From contig OZ244170.1 of NCBI GenBank assembly GCA_965216565.1, positions 5,120,001 to 5,184,000 of the forward strand: a stretch of 64,000 bases of DNA, written 5' to 3'. A model generated the notes under the pieces. It was not told the origin of the DNA. It ran no database searches and saw nothing but the letters and a program-made list of their open reading frames with translations. The translations under genes and the position numbers were made by a program. Below, one piece after another: positions 40,010 through 49,980 of this stretch (position 1 is its first letter; every line of letters begins with the position of its first letter). Source of the stretch: Bythopirellula sp. (lineage in GTDB: Bacteria; Planctomycetota; Planctomycetia; Pirellulales; Lacipirellulaceae).

Positions 40010-41212
40010 ATGTGGCGCTGTCTGTTTGTACTGTTTTTGATGGGACACTTCTGCGCATTAGACGCCGATCTACATGCTGCGCAACCGCTTTGGCAGTCAC
40101 TTATTCCGCAAAGACAAGTGGAATCCGATCCGAGTGCCGACTATTCACTCGACCAGCAACGAGGCCCGTGGCTGATTTTGGCCGCGACTTTCTCGGGTGC
40201 GGAAGGGGAAGCTGATGCCAGGGAGTTGGTGTTGGAGCTTCGCAAAGAGTCCAATTTACCGGCCTTCTATTATGCCATGACCTTCGAACGCGATCAGCTC
40301 AACGTGGGTCGGGGCATCGACGTGGATGGAGCACGGATTCGTCGGCGCTACAACCGCGGCAGTGCAGTGCTCGAGCATGCTGTGCTCGTGGGGGAGTTCA
40401 CCTCTGTAGACGATCCGGATGCGCAGGAATTGCTCGAACGGGTGAAGTATCTCCAACCGGAGTGTTTGAAAACCGCGGGCGAGCAAGAATCGACCCAAAG
40501 CCTGGCCTCGGTCCGAAAGTTTCATAACTACGTCCGCAAGAACCTCGGCAAACAGTCGCAGCGAGGGCCGCTAGGATATGCTTTTTTGACCAGGAATCCC
40601 TTGCTACCAAAAGAGTACTTCGCCCCTCGGGGGGTCGATGACGAAATTGCCAAATGGAATGAGGGTTTGGAGTACTCACTGATGAAAGCTCCTGGACGTT
40701 ACTCCATGCGGGTAGCAACCTTCCGAGGCCGCAGCAAGCTACATGCTCGCGATGGTGACGCGGAGGATATCAAGTCGCATAAGGCAACCGAAAAAGATCC
40801 ATTGGTGGTTGCCGGCCGTAATGCCCACCTGCTAACCGTCGCATTACGCAAAAAGGGTTGGGAAGCTTACGAGTTTCACAATCGTCAAGAGAGTTACGTG
40901 GCGGTCGGAAGTTTCGACGATGCCCAGCAGCTTGCCGATGGCCGTATTGTGATCGACAATCGTGACGCTCAGATCATTATCAAGACATTCGGGGCGATGA
41001 CGCCGAACAATGTTTTCAACCGTCCTGCTGCCGAAGATATCCAGCTGGAACAGCAAAAGAAGCAACAATTTCTCAATAGCTTCGCCAAACAGCAAGGCTC
41101 GGTGGCACAAGGGTTCCATCCCAAGCGATTTGTGGGCCTGCCGTTCGACATCCATCCCGAAGCGGTCCAGGTTCCTCGCCGATCGGTGAGTGCGGCTTAC
41201 GCCAGAAACTAG
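40010..41212 (+). CDS. Secreted hypothetical protein
   Basis: Signal peptide MWRCLFVLFLMG...; 400 aa; two loosely similar SPOR-like segments (WLILAATF..VLVGEF and YSMRVATF..VAVGSF). Confidence 0.8.
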   Translation: MWRCLFVLFLMGHFCALDADLHAAQPLWQSLIPQRQVESDPSADYSLDQQRGPWLILAATFSGAEGEADARELVLELRKESNLPAFYYAMTFERDQLNVGRGIDVDGARIRRRYNRGSAVLEHAVLVGEFTSVDDPDAQELLERVKYLQPECLKTAGEQESTQSLASVRKFHNYVRKNLGKQSQRGPLGYAFLTRNPLLPKEYFAPRGVDDEIAKWNEGLEYSLMKAPGRYSMRVATFRGRSKLHARDGDAEDIKSHKATEKDPLVVAGRNAHLLTVALRKKGWEAYEFHNRQESYVAVGSFDDAQQLADGRIVIDNRDAQIIIKTFGAMTPNNVFNRPAAEDIQLEQQKKQQFLNSFAKQQGSVAQGFHPKRFVGLPFDIHPEAVQVPRRSVSAAYARN

Positions 41213-41430
41213 CGGTATCGGTCTTCCAGAATCGCTTCGCTCTATAGCCGGACCGCCACGCGGTCCAAGGCACCCCGGAGGCAAGTGCGCCTCCGGCTAG
41301 ACGTACCGAGTCTACGTCGCAATCTTCCACGATTCGCAGTTCTTGCTCTAGTTCGCCACTTCGGTATGCTAGTGACTTGAGTCGCTTGCCTTCTACGACC
41401 CCATTCCAATGCCTCCTGCCCGACACATCT

Positions 41431-42072
41431 ATGCCCGACGCTTCTATGACTGTTGCCGAAAAAACACTTTTGCTGGGTACCTCGAACCAGGACAAGGGAC
41501 GCGAACTGGCTGAATTGCTCGCCCCCTATGGGCTTAAGATCGAAACACTCGCCGACAAGTCAGATCCCTTGGACGTTGTGGAAGACGGCGACTCGTTTGC
41601 CGCCAACGCGCAGAAGAAGGCCTCCGAGCAAGCCCAGCATTTGGGTTGTTGGGTCCTGGCCGACGATAGCGGCTTGGAAGTAGATGCCCTCGATGGAGCG
41701 CCGGGCATTTTCTCGGCGCGCTACTCGGGCGAAGACGCGACCAACAGTAGCAATAACGCCAAGCTGATTGCCGAACTGGGAGATCTGCCACCTAAGAAAC
41801 GCGGCGCGCAGTATTATTGCCATGTGTCGCTCTCGGATCCTACAGGGAAAATTCGAGCCGATAGCGCCGGCATTTGTCGGGGAGTGATCCGCAAAGAACC
41901 CGTGGGCACCAATGGTTTTGGTTACGATCCTCTGTTCGAAGTTGTCGAGCTACATCGCACATTCGGTGAGCTCGGGCCAAGGGTGAAATCCACTCTCAGC
42001 CACCGAGCACGAGCCCTGCGGGCGATTTTGCCGAAACTGGTGGCGCTCGCCAAAAGTGACGAGTGGCAGTGA
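41431..42072 (+). CDS. rdgB: dITP/XTP pyrophosphatase (HAM1 family)
   Basis: LLLGTSNQDK, EDGDSFAANAQKKA, LADDSGLEVDALDGAPGIFSARYSG, GFGYDPLF, SHRARA. Start is 41431 or 41446. Confidence 0.96.
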   Translation: MPDASMTVAEKTLLLGTSNQDKGRELAELLAPYGLKIETLADKSDPLDVVEDGDSFAANAQKKASEQAQHLGCWVLADDSGLEVDALDGAPGIFSARYSGEDATNSSNNAKLIAELGDLPPKKRGAQYYCHVSLSDPTGKIRADSAGICRGVIRKEPVGTNGFGYDPLFEVVELHRTFGELGPRVKSTLSHRARALRAILPKLVALAKSDEWQ

Positions 42073-42356
42073 GAGCGGGGCCCAGACTTTATTAAGCTTC
42101 AGCAACGTGTGCCACTAGCTTTGCCAGTGCCAGATAGAACAACTGGTTGCCGAGTCACTACTGGTTGCCGAGTCATAGCGGAGACGGTGAAGATCAGTCA
42201 GCGCAAATAAAGAGCTGCCGTGAACAAGATAATGATCGCGGCAGCTCAATAAAAAGGGCAGTTACTATGTATGGCAGAAATATAGCAAGCACGGTTCGGC
42301 TAGCCAAGCGTTTTGTTTCAAAAAACTCTCGAAATAACTCTATGGTAGGGGGAACG

Positions 42357-43652
42357 ATGACAATCCGAGTTTGGACATTATTGGCTGCTCTGGTGTTCTC
42401 CAATTACGCGCAAGGCGAGGCGCCAGCCGACTGGATAGCCGAAGAAATCCCGCAGCTTACCCAGCTGTACAAGTCATTGCACCAGACTCCGGAACTATCG
42501 TTCCAAGAGGAGCAAACCGCTGCCAAGTTGGCAGAACTATTGAGGGCCTCCGGATTCGATGTCACCGAAAAAGTTGGTGGCCATGGGGTGGTGGGGGTGC
42601 TGAAAAATGGCGAGGGAAAAACCGTGCTGCTGCGAGCGGATATGGATGCTCTACCTGTGGTGGAAGAGACCGGCGTGCCCTATGCCTCCAAGGTTCGCAC
42701 CCCCGACGAACGGGGGGCGGTGGTCGGAGTGATGCATGCCTGCGGCCACGATATTCACATGACAAATCTCATCGGGGCTGTTCGTTACTTGGCTTCTCAT
42801 CACGACCAATGGCAAGGAACATTAGTCGCCATCTTGCAACCTGCCGAAGAACGGGGAGCCGGTGCCAAGGCAATGCTAGTCGATGGTTTACTGTCCCGGT
42901 TTCCACGACCCGACTACGCCCTTGCGATGCATGTGGCGGCCGATCAAGCCACGGGGACGGTAGGATATCGGGCCGGCTACGCCCTAGCCAATGTCGACAG
43001 CGTCGACATCACAATCCAAGGCAGAGGTGGCCACGGTGCCTGGCCTCACTCCACAATCGACCCCGTGGTGATCGCGGCACGGCTGGTCGTCGATCTCCAG
43101 TCAATCGTCAGCCGCGAAGTGAAGCCCATTGAACCGGCAGTCATCACCGTAGGTTCGATCCACGGCGGGACCAAGCACAACATCATCGGCGATTCTTGTG
43201 CTCTGCAAATCACCGTCCGCAGCTACACACCGGAGGTCCGTAAGCAACTGATCGACGCCATCCGCCGCAAAGCACTCGCTGCCGCGGCCAGTGCCGATGC
43301 TCCTGAGCCTGAGATCGACGTCTCTGAGGGAACGCCGGCACTGTTCAACGACCCGGAACTGACCGAGCGCGTGGTGGCTGCATTGAAGCCTGTGCTGGGC
43401 GAGAAAAATCTAGTGGAAGTGGAACCTTCGATGGGCGGCGAAGACTTTGGCCGCATCGGTCGCGCCGGTGTACCGATCGTGATGCTCAGATTGGGGGGCG
43501 TCACCAAAGCGCGGTTAGACGAATACCGCGAGCGTGGAGTGCAACCACCATCGCTACACTCAGCCAAGTTCTACCCCGATGCCAAAGAGGCCCTCGAAAC
43601 CGGCGTCACCGCCCTGGCAACCGCGACGCTTGATCTCTTGGGGAAGGACTAA
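42357..43652 (+). CDS. Secreted M20D amidohydrolase
   Basis: Signal peptide; LHQTPELSFQE, LRADMDALPV, MHACGHDIH, QPAEE, GRGGHGA, MGGEDF, LHSAKF. Confidence 0.94.
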   Translation: MTIRVWTLLAALVFSNYAQGEAPADWIAEEIPQLTQLYKSLHQTPELSFQEEQTAAKLAELLRASGFDVTEKVGGHGVVGVLKNGEGKTVLLRADMDALPVVEETGVPYASKVRTPDERGAVVGVMHACGHDIHMTNLIGAVRYLASHHDQWQGTLVAILQPAEERGAGAKAMLVDGLLSRFPRPDYALAMHVAADQATGTVGYRAGYALANVDSVDITIQGRGGHGAWPHSTIDPVVIAARLVVDLQSIVSREVKPIEPAVITVGSIHGGTKHNIIGDSCALQITVRSYTPEVRKQLIDAIRRKALAAAASADAPEPEIDVSEGTPALFNDPELTERVVAALKPVLGEKNLVEVEPSMGGEDFGRIGRAGVPIVMLRLGGVTKARLDEYRERGVQPPSLHSAKFYPDAKEALETGVTALATATLDLLGKD

Positions 43653-43822
43653 ACGCAGAGTCCGCAGAGCACCAGAGGGCCGCGGAGAATTTTACCCAGC
43701 AATAGTAAAAAATTTGCTCTCAATCTATAAGTAGAATCTAGATGTGCCGCCTTGGGTTCATCGGCCGAGCCCGCCCACGATTCCTCCTCCGCGGCCCTCT
43801 GCTTCTCCGCGAACTCTGCGTT
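43652..43822. repeat. Miniature inverted-repeat element with 36-nt arms
   Basis: 43652-43687 matches the reverse complement of 43787-43822 at 32/36; arms are built from CGC(A/G)GAG units at 9-nt spacing. Confidence 0.8.
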
Positions 43823-43831
43823 GAAAAAAAA

Positions 43832-45145
43832 CTACTCATCCCGCAACCGAGGATCGAGTGCATCGCGTAGCCCGTCGCCCAGGAAGTTGAGCGCCATCAA
43901 CGTCACCCCAAGTGCGACGCTGGGAAATAGAATCAACCACCAATAGATCTTTACCGGCGTAATCACCTTAATGCCTTCATTGGCCAGCAGACCCCAAGAA
44001 ACATCGGGCGGTTCCACCCCCAGACCGAGGAACGAAAGAAACGCCTCGAACAGCATCACCCGGGGAATCGTTAGCGTGAGGTACACAATCACCACGCTGA
44101 ACAGATTGGGCAGCAGGTGCAGAAAGATGATTCGCAGCTGCCCGGCGCCCAATGAGCGGGCTGATTCTACGAATAGTTCGTTGCGGAGTGAGATGACTTG
44201 CCCGCGCACCACTCGTGACATCGTGAGCCAATAAATTGCTCCCACCACAAAAAAGAAGATCGTGATTCGATCAATTCCCCAATAGGAGAGCTTGTCTGCC
44301 ACATCTTCCTGTCTCAAGATCGTCAAGATAAACAGCACCACGAAGATAAAAGGGACCGAGTAGAGGACGTCGACCAGTCGCATCATTGCGTCGTCGACCC
44401 AACCCCCAAAGTAACCCGCTACGGCGCCGTAAGTGACACCAATCGATAGCGAAACGATCGTCGCCACGAGCCCCACGATCAGCGAAATCCGGGCTCCCCA
44501 AAATACCCGGGCCAGAATATCGCGGCCCAGTTTGTCGCGACCGCAAAGCGAGTTGAGGCTTAAGTCGCCGAATAAGGCCAATCGCGTTCGCACCATCCAG
44601 CGGCTAACCGGGCCGAGATCGGGGAAGCCCATCGCCCTGTACGGTTGTTGAATCGTGTCCTCGATCTCCGCCTGCTTTTGCCGCAAGGCAAACCAGGCGT
44701 CGTCGTAAGCGGATTGCTCCTCGGCGAGCGCGGTTTTGCGTTGCTCGATCGTTAAGCCTTCGTCCAGCTGTGCTTCTGCTTGGTCCAGGGCTACGCCGGT
44801 TTCGTCAAGCGTCTGCTCCAAGCGAGGCAGTTCTTTTTCCAAATCAGTTACCGTTTCAGGCACTCGGGCTATCATCTCGGTATTGAGCTGGAATGTGTGT
44901 AACCAGAGTGGCGAAGCAGTCGGCTCTTCGTACTGGACGCTAGTTTGTGTGTAGTCGGGCGTTTGCAGAGGCAGCAGAGGAGTGAAAAAGGCAAGCAGGC
45001 AAATGATCCCTAACGTCCACAGCGAAATCATCGCCACGCGATTCTTGCGCAGGCGTCGCCACGCATCTTGCGATAACGACATCCCTTCGGGAGTCGCCGC
45101 CGTAAAGTCGGCCGGTTCAGTGGGTATAACTTCAGACTCTTCCAA
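43832..45145 (-). CDS. oppC: Oligopeptide ABC transporter permease OppC with coiled-coil insertion
   Basis: SLSQDAWRRLRKNRVA, GRDKLGRDILARVFWGARISL, FVESARSLGA, EAFLSFLGLG, NFLGDGLRDALDPR. Confidence 0.95.
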   Translation of the reverse strand: MEESEVIPTEPADFTAATPEGMSLSQDAWRRLRKNRVAMISLWTLGIICLLAFFTPLLPLQTPDYTQTSVQYEEPTASPLWLHTFQLNTEMIARVPETVTDLEKELPRLEQTLDETGVALDQAEAQLDEGLTIEQRKTALAEEQSAYDDAWFALRQKQAEIEDTIQQPYRAMGFPDLGPVSRWMVRTRLALFGDLSLNSLCGRDKLGRDILARVFWGARISLIVGLVATIVSLSIGVTYGAVAGYFGGWVDDAMMRLVDVLYSVPFIFVVLFILTILRQEDVADKLSYWGIDRITIFFFVVGAIYWLTMSRVVRGQVISLRNELFVESARSLGAGQLRIIFLHLLPNLFSVVIVYLTLTIPRVMLFEAFLSFLGLGVEPPDVSWGLLANEGIKVITPVKIYWWLILFPSVALGVTLMALNFLGDGLRDALDPRLRDE

Positions 45146-45170
45146 TTACGTTTGCCTTTTGCGTATATCA

Positions 45171-45348
45171 TCCCCCTCCTTTGAAAAGGAGGGGCTAGGG
45201 GAGGATTGAACCAGTTGACTCAGCCTTGCAGCTTGACTCTTACCTAAGCAGAGGCCACTTTCTATTTCTGAAGATAATGAATCGAGGAAAAACAAATTCA
45301 GGTATCCATTATCCCCCTCACCTAACCTCTCCCCAAAGGGGCGAGGGA
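45171..45348. repeat. Inverted pair of CCCCTCC/GGAGGGG REP-like elements between oppB and oppC
   Basis: TCCCCCTCCTTTGAAAAGGAGGGGCTAGGGGAGGATTGA (45171-45209) and the opposite-orientation CCCCCTCACCTAACCTCTCCCCAAAGGGGCGAGGGA (45313-45348). Confidence 0.8.
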
Positions 45349-45388
45349 CTAAAGAGAAGTTGTTTTTCCTCGATCCGTTTCTTGCTCC

Positions 45389-46306
45389 TTAATGCAACTC
45401 CACCCGCGGATCGAGCACCGCGTACGAAAGGTCCACAATCCAGTTCATCGAATACAGTAAAACTGTGTAAAGCATCACCAGGCCCATCGCCAAGGTGTAA
45501 TCGTTCTGCAGCGCCGCATGAACAAAGTGCGATCCCAATCCGGGAATGGCAAACACCTGCTCGACAACTAACGAACCGGTGAGAATGCCTGCAATTGCTG
45601 GTCCAAGGAATGAGACGACTGGCAGCATCGCACCCCGTAACCCGTGGACAAAAATCACACGCAGTGGTCCGACACCTTTAGCTCGAGCAGTACGGATGTG
45701 ATCTTGCGAGAGCACATCCAACATGCTGGTTCGAGAAATCCGTGCGATATACGCCGCATAGGGGGCACCAAGACAGAACGCGGGAAGCACCAACTGCTGG
45801 AAACTTCCCCATCCCGCTGCAGGAAACCAGCGCAGCTTGAATACGAAAAAAATGATGCAGATGCTCGCAATCACAAAGTTGGGCAAAGCAATTCCAACCG
45901 TGGCCGCCAAACGCAGCCAAACATCAGCCCACCCGCCTCGGAAAACGGCAGCCACGATCCCCGCCACCAACCCTAGACTCGCTCCAAACATCAGTGCCAA
46001 TAAACCTAGCGAGACAGAAATCGGCAGCCCCTCGGCGATCACTTGATTCACCGTGTAGTCTCCCAATTTGTAGCTGTAACCAAGATCGAGACGCAGATAG
46101 TTGGCTAGCTCTCGCTGATACTGTTCGAAAAGCGGCTTGTCGAGATTGTAGCGCCGCTTCATGTTCATTTCGATCTCAGGTTCCAGGGCCCGTTCGCTAT
46201 CAAAGGGACCTCCCGGAACCGACCGCATTAGAAAAAAAGTGATCGTAAACACGGTCAACAAAGTGACTACCATCCACAGAGCGCGGCGGAAGCAAAACGC
46301 AATCAT
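45389..46306 (-). CDS. oppB: Oligopeptide ABC transporter permease OppB
   Basis: LMRSVPGGPFD, YNLDKPLFEQY, DHIRTARAKGV, GSLVVEQVFAIPGLG, DLSYAVLDPRV. Confidence 0.96.
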   Translation of the reverse strand: MIAFCFRRALWMVVTLLTVFTITFFLMRSVPGGPFDSERALEPEIEMNMKRRYNLDKPLFEQYQRELANYLRLDLGYSYKLGDYTVNQVIAEGLPISVSLGLLALMFGASLGLVAGIVAAVFRGGWADVWLRLAATVGIALPNFVIASICIIFFVFKLRWFPAAGWGSFQQLVLPAFCLGAPYAAYIARISRTSMLDVLSQDHIRTARAKGVGPLRVIFVHGLRGAMLPVVSFLGPAIAGILTGSLVVEQVFAIPGLGSHFVHAALQNDYTLAMGLVMLYTVLLYSMNWIVDLSYAVLDPRVELH

Positions 46307-48195
46307 GGCTGCTCCTCCACCGACCTATTACGGGTGAATTCCGTGGGCCCCTGGTGATCGTGATCGATCCACATCGCACTGACCGGATGGAAATCTTGGA
46401 TGTTGTTGTAGAACCCGCGGACGTAGGGCTTTACCATGTTCTTGGAAACATAGAAGTAGATGGGGATAATCGGCAACTCGTCCATTAGCATCCGCTCAGC
46501 TTCTTCGAGAATCGCTAGCCTTTTTTCAGGGTCCGCCTCGCTATTGGAAGCCTCGATCAACTCGTCGTACCGCTCATTGGCAAAGCCGGTGTTGTTCTGC
46601 TCGCCATCGGTGACATACATGTCCAGATAGGTGAGCGGGTCGACGTAGTCCCCGATCCAGGCACGGCGGCACAGGTCGTACTTCATTTGACGTTGGCTGG
46701 AGTTGTACGATTGCCATTCTTCGTTGCGGGTTTTAATTTGGATGCCTAAGGCACGTTGCCATTGGCTACGGATGAGTTCGGCAATGGTCTGATGCGATTC
46801 GTCGGTGTTATACAGGATGTCCATCCGCGGGAAGCCCTTGCCCTCCGGATAACCTGCCTCGGCCAGCAGTCGACGGGCCTCTTCGATGTTGCTCGGGTCG
46901 CACGTTTGTCGTTCGTAGCCAGGCATCCCCGGTGGGACCAAGGAGTAGGCCGGTACTTCTCCCGCCGCCAGAATTTTCTCGCAAATCTCTTCACGATTAA
47001 TCGCCAGCGAAAGGGCCCGACGTACCCGAACATCATTGAGCGGCTTGCGAGTAATGTTCACCATATAGAAGTAGGACGACATATACGGCTTGGGATTCAG
47101 ATCATTCCGCGGCGGATCTTCTTTCAACAAAATCCGCAAGGCTTCGGGAGGTACCGTGTCCATCCAGGCGATTTGATCGGTCATAAACATATTGAGCGCC
47201 GTATTTTTGGAGTCTACGGCTAGCGCGTCGACGAGGTTGATGCGGACGTTCTCGCGATTCCAATAGGTTTCGCTCCGCTGCATGCGGATACGATCTCGAA
47301 TCCGTCTGAGTAACGGGATATAAGGGCCGTTGCCAACGAATTTATCCGATTTTGTCCATCCCGGATTGCCATAAGTTTCCACGCATTGGCGGTTCACAGG
47401 AGAGAAGGGATAGAATCCTACGAGCTGTATGAAAAATGGGGCAGGGTGGTAAAGCGTTACCTCTAAAGTGAGCGGATCGAGCACACGGATCCCGACTTCT
47501 CGAAAATCGAACAGCACCTGTCGACACCACCGAGTGTCGTTGGGCGCAGGGTCAACGGCCAGCGAATCGTCGGTCGGATCGAACCGGATTTGTTCCCCGT
47601 CGATGTCAACGACAAAGATGCGATGCTCCGCGTCGTCGCTGTTTTCAATTCTTACAAGTTTGCCGTAAAGGATCTCGCCGCGACGCGAGTTCACGGCGTC
47701 AATGGGTAGGTTAAGCTCTACCTCCACGGGATCGCCGGGCGAGATGCCACTCCCGCCACGGCTGTAGTTTCTGGCGTTGACGATATGCCAAGCAAGAAAG
47801 GCATACTCGGCTGCGGTCCGTGGTCCTAGAAACCTTCGCCATGAATAGTGAAAGTCCTCGGCCGTAATCGGCGTTCCGTCAGACCACTTGGCATCGTCCC
47901 GCAAGTGGAACGTGTAGGTTAGCCCGTCGTCAGAAATTCCCCAACTCTTAGCCACTCCGGGAATCGGTTCGATGGTTTCCGGATGCCAATTCACGAGTCG
48001 CTCGAATAGGCAATTCATGATTCGCCCCTCCGGCTGGCCCGTGAGAATGGCGGGGTCGAAACTCTTCACTTCGGTGCCGTTGGCGAATGTAAAATCAGCA
48101 GGCTGCAGACTGGTGCCCATCGTGGCCCATAGCGTCGCGGCAAAGATGCCGACCACTGCCACGACGATTAGCACTTTACGGACATCAAGCGGCAT
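46303..48195 (-). CDS. oppA: Oligopeptide ABC transporter substrate-binding protein
   Basis: SFDPA, PGVAKSWGISDDGLTYTFHLRDDAKWSDGTPITAEDF, VGNGPY, DVRVRRALSLAINR, WIGDYVDP. Confidence 0.95.
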   Translation of the reverse strand: MPLDVRKVLIVVAVVGIFAATLWATMGTSLQPADFTFANGTEVKSFDPAILTGQPEGRIMNCLFERLVNWHPETIEPIPGVAKSWGISDDGLTYTFHLRDDAKWSDGTPITAEDFHYSWRRFLGPRTAAEYAFLAWHIVNARNYSRGGSGISPGDPVEVELNLPIDAVNSRRGEILYGKLVRIENSDDAEHRIFVVDIDGEQIRFDPTDDSLAVDPAPNDTRWCRQVLFDFREVGIRVLDPLTLEVTLYHPAPFFIQLVGFYPFSPVNRQCVETYGNPGWTKSDKFVGNGPYIPLLRRIRDRIRMQRSETYWNRENVRINLVDALAVDSKNTALNMFMTDQIAWMDTVPPEALRILLKEDPPRNDLNPKPYMSSYFYMVNITRKPLNDVRVRRALSLAINREEICEKILAAGEVPAYSLVPPGMPGYERQTCDPSNIEEARRLLAEAGYPEGKGFPRMDILYNTDESHQTIAELIRSQWQRALGIQIKTRNEEWQSYNSSQRQMKYDLCRRAWIGDYVDPLTYLDMYVTDGEQNNTGFANERYDELIEASNSEADPEKRLAILEEAERMLMDELPIIPIYFYVSKNMVKPYVRGFYNNIQDFHPVSAMWIDHDHQGPTEFTRNRSVEEQP

Positions 48196-48285
48196 GGCAA
48201 GCTTTGGGGCAGAGTCGTAGATGGGTTCGTGGCTGGAGGTGCTCTAGCTTACCCGGTACCGTTTTTTGCTCAAAGGGGAAATGGT

Positions 48286-48783
48286 GTGTCGCGAGAGCAC
48301 CACAGGCATAAACCGCCCAGAAGTTTGGCCCAGCCCAGGGAGTTGGTAATTGTCTGTGCGCCGATGCGCTCGAACGTGAACTTGTCGAGAATCGCAAGGG
48401 CTGCTAGCTGCTGCGGATTGAAGAAGATTATCTGCACAGGTCCGGCCAAACTCGATCGTCGAATCGCCCGCGATGGGGCCGACACCATTCAGATCGAATC
48501 ACACCGCACATTGCCCCCCGTGCTCGCTGAATTGCGTCAGGGTGGCTATCGGCTCGTGGGCTTAGAACAAACGACCGATTCGCAGGACATTCACCAATAC
48601 TCATTCCCCCGCAAGACGGCATTGGTGATTGGCAACGAGCGATCAGGGCTCACGCAAGAGTTGCTTGACGAACTGGACGAAGCGGTCGAAATCCCCGTTT
48701 GGGGGATGCCGCATAGCTACAACGCGGCAACAGCCACCGTCATGGCCCTCTACGAGTATTGCCGCCAGTTTCCCGACGGTTAG
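48286..48783 (+). CDS. SpoU/TrmH family RNA methyltransferase
   Basis: NVNLSRIARAA, LVIGNERSGL, VEIPVWGMPHSYNAATA (SPOUT motifs). Start is approximate. Confidence 0.9.
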   Translation: MSREHHRHKPPRSLAQPRELVIVCAPMRSNVNLSRIARAASCCGLKKIICTGPAKLDRRIARDGADTIQIESHRTLPPVLAELRQGGYRLVGLEQTTDSQDIHQYSFPRKTALVIGNERSGLTQELLDELDEAVEIPVWGMPHSYNAATATVMALYEYCRQFPDG

Positions 48784-48815
48784 GTCCTGGGCGAATAATG
48801 CCGTCGCGCGTTAGA

Positions 48816-48872
48816 CTTGAGAACGTTAACACAGCTCGAGATCGTTAACACAGCTTGAGATCGTTAACTCAA
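48816..48872. repeat. Three 19-nt tandem direct repeats
   Basis: CTTGAGAACGTTAACACAG / CTCGAGATCGTTAACACAG / CTTGAGATCGTTAACTCAA. Confidence 0.85.
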
Positions 48873-48883
48873 CAGGTCATTTG

Positions 48884-48922
48884 TCCCCCTCCTTTGAAAA
48901 GGAGGGGTTAGGGGAGGATTGA
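48884..48922. repeat. Second copy of the 39-nt CCCCTCC REP-like element
   Basis: 38/39 identical to 45171-45209. Confidence 0.85.
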
Positions 48923-48992
48923 CTCTCGCAATTTCCCCATTCGCATAATCGTAATTAATAATTCAAAACAATCGAAATGAAAGGCTCAGGCC

Positions 48993-49331
48993 ATGGCCGA
49001 AGTATCCGAGCTCTACGACGAAGCAGAAAAGCTAAAGCAAGAAGGCGATCTAGAGGGAGCAGCCTCGAAGCTTGAGCAGGCAATTGCCGCAGACGAATCC
49101 TACGCCCTGGCGCATTCTGCTCTGGCGGTGGTCCTGCAGCGCATGAGCAAGCACGACGAGGCGATCGACCACGCGAAGAAGGTTTGCGAGCTCGAGCCGA
49201 ACGATCCGTTTAGTTACACCGCCATGAGCGTGACGTACCAACGCGCCTACGCGGGCACCAACAACATGGAATACATTCGCATGGCCGAAGACGCAATGGA
49301 GCAAAGCCGAATACTAAGTCAGCAGGGCTAG
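48993..49331 (+). CDS. Small TPR-repeat protein
   Basis: GDLEGAASKLEQAIAADESYALAHSALAVVL...EAIDHAKKVCELEPND. Confidence 0.88.
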   Translation: MAEVSELYDEAEKLKQEGDLEGAASKLEQAIAADESYALAHSALAVVLQRMSKHDEAIDHAKKVCELEPNDPFSYTAMSVTYQRAYAGTNNMEYIRMAEDAMEQSRILSQQG

Positions 49332-49466
49332 AACCTCTTCGTCAATCACGTTCCGCCATTCAGTTGGCGGCGTCTGCCAAAACACTACGAAATGGTCCCA
49401 GTGAGAGGGACCCAGTGCAGCGAAAGGCAGCGCCGAAAACGCCTAGCCCAAACTCAGCTCGAGCCG

Positions 49467-49832
49467 TTAGCCTTGCTGACCCTGGCCTTGTGGCTTGGCG
49501 ACAACTCGCTTCTGCACGTCAGTTTCCAACACGCCAAAAGCTTGCTCGTGCCGTTGTACCGAAAGATGCAACGCGTGCAGCATACGCTTGGCTGTGTAGT
49601 AATTGGTCACAATGCGTTGGGTGATTTCCACTGGCTCCGAAGGCACGCCAAAGGGTTGCGAGTTGAGACCGAAGTCGATAATCAGTTCTTCTGGGGTACC
49701 CGTGACGCGGCAGAAATTCGCATAGGAGCATGTCGCTTTGTCGTCGTCCACCTGTACGCGAGCTTGCTGTTCTTGAGCAGCAGCAGGAGAGTCGGAAGGA
49801 GTTTCGGCGGAGGGTTTGTCTTCTTTGGCCAC
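49467..49832 (-). CDS. DUF3467 family protein
   Basis: SYANFCRVTGTPEELIIDFG, QRIVTNYYTAKRM, EQAFG; GTG start after GGAG. Confidence 0.85.
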   Translation of the reverse strand: MAKEDKPSAETPSDSPAAAQEQQARVQVDDDKATCSYANFCRVTGTPEELIIDFGLNSQPFGVPSEPVEITQRIVTNYYTAKRMLHALHLSVQRHEQAFGVLETDVQKRVVAKPQGQGQQG

Positions 49833-49980
49833 TGTAGGTCTCCGTTGTTGTTTGAGCCTAATTACGCGATCCACTCACAAAGAGCGGTAAAATTTGTATG
49901 CTGAGAAACCTAGTGTAAAGCATCCCCCCTGTTCCGTCCAAGCCCTGGCAGTCTGGGTAGGAGAAAGCACCCACGTTGGC

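Noticed and set aside
42142..42175. Two-copy ACTGGTTGCCGAGTCA repeat (18-nt period)
   Set aside because: It is a simple local duplication with no further copies or context in this window.
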